DNA of 64,000 nt, taken from NCBI GenBank assembly GCA_016211215.1, contig JACQSR010000014.1, positions 14,980-78,979 on the forward strand, given 5' to 3'. Positions 58,330-64,000 of this stretch are shown one piece after another. This stretch comes from Candidatus Woesearchaeota archaeon. Its GTDB lineage: Archaea; Nanobdellota; Nanobdellia; Woesearchaeales; JACQSR01. The position numbers and the translations under genes were made by a program. Each line of letters begins with the position of its first letter. The stretch's first letter is position 1. The notes beneath the pieces were generated by a model that saw only the letters and a program-made list of their open reading frames with translations, did not search any database and was not told the DNA's origin.

Positions 58330-58817
58330 CTTTTTTTCGGGGATTCCCTTGAGATTCCCGTAACGCCTGTCCTGCTTACGTCCAGAATTCCGAAAGGAGA
58401 CATAAGCTCGAGAAAGGTGTCTATCTTCTGGGGTTCGCCCATTATCTCCAAAGTTATGGTCTTTGGCGTTATGTCCACTATCTTGTTCTTGTAGACATTT
58501 GCATATTTTATTATGTCTTCCTTCCTTTTTCTTCCGTTAATACTTATTTTTGCAAGGCACAACTCCCTTATCACGGAATCATCGGGCTTAAGCTCAAATA
58601 CGCTGATAACGTCTATGAGCTTGCCCACCTGCTTTTCCACCTGCTCCATTGTTTTATCGTCGCCAATTGCAGTGATGATTATCTTTGAAGCCCCCCGGGA
58701 ATTGGTTTTTCCAACTGTAATTGTATCTATGTTATAGCCGCGCCTTGCAAACAAGCCGGCAACGCGCGTCATCACGCCTGGCGCGTCATTTACAAGTATG
58801 CAGATTGTGTGCCTCAT
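58326..58817 (-). CDS. ilvN: Acetolactate synthase small (regulatory) subunit. The track ORF starts at 58928; the ACT domain starts at the Met near 58817
   Basis: ACT domain MRHTICILVNDAPGVMTRVAGLFARRGYNIDTITVG. Confidence 0.75.
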   Translation of the reverse strand: MRHTICILVNDAPGVMTRVAGLFARRGYNIDTITVGKTNSRGASKIIITAIGDDKTMEQVEKQVGKLIDVISVFELKPDDSVIRELCLAKISINGRKRKEDIIKYANVYKNKIVDITPKTITLEIMGEPQKIDTFLELMSPFGILDVSRTGVTGISRESPKKS

Positions 58818-60628
58818 TTTAAACCCCGGGCGGACCTTGACTTCAGGATGTCCTGCCACGTCTGCTTGAATATGACATTTCCGCCGATGATTTCCTTCAG
58901 CGAACCGCCGGCAGGCAGCATGGGCCATATGTTCTTTTCCTTTTCTACCATCACGTCAATCACCGTGGTCTCGCCGCTTTTGTAGGCTGTCCTAAACGCC
59001 TCTGCAAGCTCGGATTTTCTGGTGACAGTTATTCCCGGCAGCCTGTATGCTTCAGCCATTTTCTCAAAGCTTGGGTTGTCCGTAAAGTGCACGGTCGAGT
59101 ATCTTTTGTTGTTGAAAGTTTCAAGCCACTGGCGCACCATGCCCAAATATTGGTTGTTCATGATTACCGGAATTACCTTGATGTTTTCTTCCTTGCACAC
59201 CGCAAGCTCCTGGGAAGTCATCTGGAAGCTTCCGTCACCGTCAATGTCTATAACCTCTACTGAAGGCCTGCCGACCTTTGCGCCTATCGCAGCAGGAAAT
59301 CCAAAGCCCATGGTGCCTGCACCGCCGGAGGAAATCCATGTTCTCGGCAAAGTCCTTGACATGTAAAGCTGGGCAAACATCTGGTGCTGCCCAACTCCCG
59401 TTGCTACAATATCTTTTGGCTTTATCATCCTCGAGATTGTCTGGATGGAAAATATCTGGGTAAGCCCTTCCGTCTTTATGTCCCTTTCATGGTGGCTTTC
59501 AACTATTGCCTTGACATCTTTTATCCTCCTGTTCCATTCGGAATGCTTATGATGCCTCTTCGCTCCGGCATTTCTGACTGCTTTCACGAGCTGAACAAGG
59601 CACTGCTTTGCATCGCCCGTTATGGCAACTTCCGCTTCAACGTTTTTTCCTATCTCTGCAGGGTCTATGTCTATATGGATTATCTTTTTTCCTTCCTGGA
59701 ATGACTTTGTGTCTCCGGTAATCCTGTCGGAGAACCTGCATCCAACCGCTATAAGCAAATCAGAGTTGATTACTGCGTAGTTTGCGTGCTCCTCGCCGTG
59801 CATGCCCAAAACTCCCAAACTCAATGGGTGTGTTTCTGGAAAAGCGCCTTTGCCCATCAGGGTTGTTGCAATGGGGCAGTTTACGGTTTCAGCGAGCTGC
59901 CTTACCTGATGCGAGGCATTTGAGATTATTACTCCGCCGCCGGAAATTATCAGCGGCCGCTCGGCTTCCATAATGAGCTCGGCTGCGTCCAGAACCTGCT
60001 GCCTGCCGGGCTGAGGGACTGGGTGAAGTGAGTATGCAAACTTTCTTGCAGAGTTTTTGGAGGCCGTTTTTGTCTGAATATCTTTTGGAACGTCAATGTA
60101 AACGGGACCGGGCCTGCCTTCCGTCGAGATTTTGTATGCCCTTGTCAGGGTTTCCGCTATGTCATCAACATGGCGAATCTGGAAATTGTGCTTTGTGATG
60201 GGCATTGTTACGCCTATCATGTCAGTTTCCTGAAATGCGTCGTTCCCTATAAGAAACGTTGGAACCTGGCCGGAGATTGCAATTATGGGTGTTGAATCCA
60301 TGTAAGCATCCGCAATGCCAGTAACCAGGTTGCATGCCCCGGGACCTGAAGTTGAAATGCAAATTCCGGGCTTGCCGGTAACCCTTGCATATCCCTCTGC
60401 AGCATGGACTGCGCCCTGCTCGTGGCGCATCAGTATGTTCCTTATCCTTCCCTTGTAGTCAAAGACAGCGTCGTAGAATGGTATTATTGCGCCACCGGTG
60501 ATTCCAAATAGCGTGTTGACGCCAAGCTTCACAAGCGTTTCCGTCATGACATATTTGCCAATAGCCCTGTCCTTGGAAGTTATTTTTCTTGACTGCTGCA
60601 TTACCGGAGTTACCATTTTAATCTCCAA
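58814..60628 (-). CDS. ilvB: Acetolactate synthase large subunit
   Basis: TPP-binding GDGSFQM...N; 604 aa. Confidence 0.9.
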   Translation of the reverse strand: MEIKMVTPVMQQSRKITSKDRAIGKYVMTETLVKLGVNTLFGITGGAIIPFYDAVFDYKGRIRNILMRHEQGAVHAAEGYARVTGKPGICISTSGPGACNLVTGIADAYMDSTPIIAISGQVPTFLIGNDAFQETDMIGVTMPITKHNFQIRHVDDIAETLTRAYKISTEGRPGPVYIDVPKDIQTKTASKNSARKFAYSLHPVPQPGRQQVLDAAELIMEAERPLIISGGGVIISNASHQVRQLAETVNCPIATTLMGKGAFPETHPLSLGVLGMHGEEHANYAVINSDLLIAVGCRFSDRITGDTKSFQEGKKIIHIDIDPAEIGKNVEAEVAITGDAKQCLVQLVKAVRNAGAKRHHKHSEWNRRIKDVKAIVESHHERDIKTEGLTQIFSIQTISRMIKPKDIVATGVGQHQMFAQLYMSRTLPRTWISSGGAGTMGFGFPAAIGAKVGRPSVEVIDIDGDGSFQMTSQELAVCKEENIKVIPVIMNNQYLGMVRQWLETFNNKRYSTVHFTDNPSFEKMAEAYRLPGITVTRKSELAEAFRTAYKSGETTVIDVMVEKEKNIWPMLPAGGSLKEIIGGNVIFKQTWQDILKSRSARGLK

Positions 60629-62174
60629 CGTCCTCCGGCTTTATACTCTTTTTGGGTTTGTGCATCAGGGCATAGTTCACTCCCTTAATAAGCGCCTCAA
60701 CGGATGCCTTTACGATGTCTTCATTGACGGAGCCTGCCTTGAACTTCTCGCAGTTTTTGTTCTCGACTGTTATTGCAACGTCCGCAAGCGCGTCAGTTCC
60801 GCCGGTGATTGCCTTGAGATTGTAAGAGGTTAATTTCAATGAGGGATCCACCAGCTGCTTTATTGCCTTTGAGGCAGCATCAACAGGCCCAACTCCGGTT
60901 GCAGAACCCACCTTCTCCTTTCCGTCGACTTCAAGCTTTACCGTTGCTGTAGGGGTTACATTAGAGCCTGTCATGATTGCAAATTCCCTGAGCTTAACCT
61001 TCTGCTCCTGGCCTGACAATGCCTGGGTTGCATCATTGGCAATTGCGATTATGTCTGCCCGCTCAACTTCCTTCTGCTTGTCCGCCAAGTCTTTTATCCT
61101 CGAGGTTATTGCTGAAACCTGGACTTTTGAGAATTCATAGCCCATCTCCTTAAGGACATTTTCCACCGCGTGCTTTCCGGAATGCTTTCCTATGACTATG
61201 CCTTCCCCTTCCCACCCCACATCCGATGCGCGCATAATCTCATAGGTTTCACGCGCGCTTATCACGCCGTGCTGGTGGATTCCTGCCTCGTGGGCAAATG
61301 CGTTTTTTCCCACAATTGCCTTGTTGCGCTGGACTGAAATTCCAGTTAAGCTTGATACAAGCTTTGATGCGGCGAAAATCTCACCGATGTTTATGGACGT
61401 GAAAGCACCATTAAAGTAATTGGAGCGCACCCTGAGGTTCATGACGCATTCCTCAAGCGAAGCGTTTCCCGCGCGCTCACCCAATCCATTAATAGTGCAT
61501 TCTATCTGCGTGGCGCCTGCGTTGACTGCAGCCAATGAGTTTGCAACCGCATTTCCAAGGTCATTGTGGCAGTGGACCGAGATGGTTATCTTGCTGCTTT
61601 CGGGGACTTTCTTTCTCAGATACGTTATCCTTTGGGCAAACTCTTCAGGCTCTGCATATCCAACTGTATCGGGAATGTTTATGGTTGTTGCGCCTGCCTT
61701 TATTGCGGCGCTTACAACATCGCACATGTAGTTAATATCTGTCCGCGAAGCGTCTTCCGGGGAGAATTCCACGTCACGGGTGTATTTCTTTGCGCGCTTT
61801 ATGCCTTCAACGGCAATTTTGATTACCTCTTCCTTGGATATCCTCAGCTTCTTTTCCATGTGTATTTGGGAGGTTGCAATAAATACATGTATCCTCCTTT
61901 TCTTTGCAGGTTTTATTGCTTCCCAGGCGCGGTCTATATCGGCAGGCATGCACCTTGCCAAGGCGCAGATTACGGGGCCTTTCACCTTCTGGGCAATTAA
62001 TTTTACGGCATCAAAGTCGCCCTGCGATGCTATCGGGAATCCCGCCTCTATGACATCCACATTAAGCCTGGCAAGCTGCTTTGCAATGATTAGCTTTTCC
62101 CGTATGTTAAGCGATGCTCCCGGCGACTGCTCGCCGTCTCGCAATGTCGTGTCAAATATTTTTATTCTTCCCAT
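60618..62174 (-). CDS. leuA: 2-isopropylmalate synthase (or closely related citramalate synthase)
   Basis: HMGL-like TIM barrel (FDTTLRDGEQ, HCHND) plus C-terminal LeuA dimerisation region; 518 aa. Confidence 0.8.
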   Translation of the reverse strand: MGRIKIFDTTLRDGEQSPGASLNIREKLIIAKQLARLNVDVIEAGFPIASQGDFDAVKLIAQKVKGPVICALARCMPADIDRAWEAIKPAKKRRIHVFIATSQIHMEKKLRISKEEVIKIAVEGIKRAKKYTRDVEFSPEDASRTDINYMCDVVSAAIKAGATTINIPDTVGYAEPEEFAQRITYLRKKVPESSKITISVHCHNDLGNAVANSLAAVNAGATQIECTINGLGERAGNASLEECVMNLRVRSNYFNGAFTSINIGEIFAASKLVSSLTGISVQRNKAIVGKNAFAHEAGIHQHGVISARETYEIMRASDVGWEGEGIVIGKHSGKHAVENVLKEMGYEFSKVQVSAITSRIKDLADKQKEVERADIIAIANDATQALSGQEQKVKLREFAIMTGSNVTPTATVKLEVDGKEKVGSATGVGPVDAASKAIKQLVDPSLKLTSYNLKAITGGTDALADVAITVENKNCEKFKAGSVNEDIVKASVEALIKGVNYALMHKPKKSIKPEDVGD

Positions 62175-62243
62175 TTTGGTTCCTTTCCTGCGGCTGTAAA
62201 TCTAACGTTTGCAACGATGAACGCCTTGGTGTTTGGGCAAGGC

Positions 62244-62309
62244 TCACAACAGCAGCACAAGAACTGAGACTAGCAAAACTGCCAACACGGCTGAAGTGAT
62301 GTTAGTCAT
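62244..62309 (-). CDS. Candidate 21-codon leader peptide MTNITSAVLAVLLVSVLVLLL (7 Leu, 5 Val), 70 nt upstream of leuA
   Basis: Hand-translated. A TATA-like TTTAAAAATA (plus 62331-62340) lies 22-31 nt upstream of its ATG, consistent with a leaderless start. A 6-bp hairpin GCCUUG...CAAGGC immediately follows the stop. Confidence 0.3.
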   Translation of the reverse strand: MTNITSAVLAVLLVSVLVLLL

Positions 62310-62361
62310 TGCCGACTGCGGAGAGACACTTATTTTTAAAGATTGCGGTTTTTGTTATTTG

Positions 62362-62595
62362 CTACATCTTTTCCAGGGCCTTCTGCATTAAGGGAATTAT
62401 TGTCTCTGCCTCGTCCTTGAACATCCTGCCGAGCTTTGAGAATGTCCACTCTCCGTTCTGGTTGCGGTTTTCGCGCGAGATTTGGAGCTTCTTTTCGCCC
62501 TCGCTGTACTGGAAAACCCCGACCTTGATTCTTGTTGTCTCAAATTCCTTTGTTTCCGACCAGATTTCCTTGTCCAGATTTTTGTCAAATGCCAT
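62362..62595 (-). CDS. PC4/p15-like ssDNA-binding transcriptional coactivator family small protein
   Basis: 77 aa, central pattern resembling bacterial/archaeal PC4-like (DUF2128-type) proteins. Confidence 0.4.
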   Translation of the reverse strand: MAFDKNLDKEIWSETKEFETTRIKVGVFQYSEGEKKLQISRENRNQNGEWTFSKLGRMFKDEAETIIPLMQKALEKM

Positions 62596-62811
62596 TTGAA
62601 AGTGTATTTACGGGCCGGTTTTAAGGTTTTCCATAATTTGGACAGCTGTTGATTAGTATCGTCCCACTTAGAATACGACAGCACCTTTTGGGTAGTTATA
62701 TTCTCTCGCTTATTTTATAGCACGGAAATGAATTTATATATGGGATGCCTACTAGACAGTGAAGGTAGAAATGCCTCATTCCCAAGTGAATACGAGGGAC
62801 TGAGCGATCTA

Positions 62812-63987
62812 TCACCTCTTTTTTCCCAGCAGGCGCGTTTGCCTGCTCGGGTTTTTAATGACCGCAACAAGGTATCCGGCTACCAGGCCGATGATTAATG
62901 CGATGGCTATTGAAAGCAAGGTTGTGTTGTTGGATTGCAATTCCTGAGCCATTGCGGGCGCTTTTCCGCGCTCCTGGAAGTAGAGGTCAAGGTTGCTTAA
63001 TTCAAGCGCATACTCGGAATACAAAAGGGCAGAGTACTTGTCCGTCTTTGCAAGATTGCTTGCATACTCATAGTAAGAATACCCAAGTATCGGGAATATG
63101 CCCTTTGAAGACTGCCTTGCAATGCTTGATTTTGCAAGGTTGATTTTCTTATAGACGTACTCGTCAAACTGGCCCTCGGTAACGCCAAGCATATTCAGGG
63201 GCACGTTGACTTCGGCCTTTGCCTTTGAAGCCTTGAACAGGCACAATGCATAATTGCCCCTATCAAGCTCCTTATTGGCGCCTGAAAAATCGCTGGACGC
63301 ATCAAAAGTCCTGTCAGGGAAAAATATCTGCAGGTATTGCGCGCGCTCCTCAACCTCAAGCAGCGCTTGCTGGCAGGAATCCCTTAGAATATTTTTATTC
63401 ATGTTGAACTCCTTTCCGCGGTGGTCAAAAAAGGTGTACCAGGAGAATGCAGAGTAGATGCGCTCATTGGCATACGCAAGATTGTAAAATTTATCACCAT
63501 TATCTGCCGACATGGACTTGTTCACGAAATCATCTGCTTCTTCCAGGCGCTCCTTGACGGCAATGTAACTTTCCAAATCAGTAATGGTCCTTATGTCCTT
63601 GCTTTCAATTTCTGAATCAAGCTTAAGTATATTGGTGACTATATGGGAATACATATTTTTCATTTCTTCAGGAGAGGATTCCTTTTCCTGAAGGATAAGG
63701 GTGAGGTATTTTACATTCGCGCCAAAGCAGAAAGACGCAGATGAATAGTAATCGCCATTTTGGTAGGCATCCATGCCCCTAGAGGTGAGGTTAAGCGCCT
63801 CTTCGCTGCTTTTTGCTGGAGTATCGTTCATGAGCTTGCTGCTTCTCCCGCACAGGTCATCGGCAAGGAACCTCATGGTTTCACGATAGGAATTGTCAAC
63901 CTCTATGCTGCTGTTATTTGCATCAATGTATTTGCCGGAAAGCTGGTAGAGGGCCGTGTTAACGTCAGATACTTCAACCACCTCCAC
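62812..63987 (-). CDS. Hypothetical protein with C-terminal TM anchor
   Basis: 391-aa ORF; C-terminal LLSIAIALIIGLVAGYLVAVI then a basic tail. Confidence 0.4.
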   Translation of the reverse strand: MEVVEVSDVNTALYQLSGKYIDANNSSIEVDNSYRETMRFLADDLCGRSSKLMNDTPAKSSEEALNLTSRGMDAYQNGDYYSSASFCFGANVKYLTLILQEKESSPEEMKNMYSHIVTNILKLDSEIESKDIRTITDLESYIAVKERLEEADDFVNKSMSADNGDKFYNLAYANERIYSAFSWYTFFDHRGKEFNMNKNILRDSCQQALLEVEERAQYLQIFFPDRTFDASSDFSGANKELDRGNYALCLFKASKAKAEVNVPLNMLGVTEGQFDEYVYKKINLAKSSIARQSSKGIFPILGYSYYEYASNLAKTDKYSALLYSEYALELSNLDLYFQERGKAPAMAQELQSNNTTLLSIAIALIIGLVAGYLVAVIKNPSRQTRLLGKKR

Positions 63988-64000
63988 GCCAAGTGATTTT

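Noticed and set aside
58811-58865. Possible frameshift or sequence irregularity at the ilvB/ilvN junction
   Set aside because: My by-eye indexing differed by 1 nt from the ORF track in this stretch. This is most likely a counting error on my side, and the track proteins read as intact ilvB and ilvN. It is the reason non-ORF coordinates are given as approximate.
1-64000. CRISPR array
   Set aside because: No series of near-identical 25-40 nt repeats at regular 60-80 nt spacing was seen anywhere. The repeated hairpin units at 43277-43424 are only two imperfect copies about 110 nt apart.

Overview
This window is a 64 kb archaeal chromosomal segment: ABCE1, Topo VI A/B, archaeal DnaG, a RIO kinase and an intron-containing tRNA-Arg are all archaeal-type, most starts are leaderless, and AT-rich TATA boxes sit about 25-30 nt upstream of starts. 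Coding density is high. The core content is informational genes (ABCE1, top6AB, dnaG, rio, KH protein, trmI, trpS, glmS), a complete trp operon on the minus strand (trpE-G-D-CF fusion-B-A) and a large ilv/leu cluster (leuA-ilvB-ilvN ... ilvC-leuB ... leuC ... leuD-ilvD-ilvE plus thrB). Non-biosynthetic genes are inserted into that cluster (a RelBE pair, a hypothetical 294-aa protein, membrane proteins and a lipoprotein). The accessory content is unusually rich in small modules: two paralogous toxin-antitoxin-like pairs (DUF4258-like toxin plus a Zn-ribbon::AbrB-fold antitoxin), a DUF4258/DUF2283 pair bracketed by 19-bp direct repeats, a RelBE pair and a Fic-domain protein. The most interesting signal is non-coding: three copies of a ~162-nt highly structured element (13568-13729, 26708-26869, 30657-30820). 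Each has a perfectly complementary 13-14 bp outer stem whose sequence differs between copies, compensatory changes in two internal stems, near-direct-repeat flanks, and a position 1-8 nt after a stop codon. A second, smaller palindromic element with a covarying stem occurs twice (5015-5107, 12831-12927). Other non-coding candidates are an SRP (7S) RNA (about 45888-46158), a tRNA-Arg(UCU) with a ~29-nt intron and a 20-bp duplicated 3' end, a Leu/Val-rich 21-codon leader ORF at the 5' end of the leuA operon transcript, and a hairpin-dense cluster at 43124-43436. No CRISPR array or IS transposase was seen. Coordinates of non-ORF features are read by eye and may be off by 1-2 nt.
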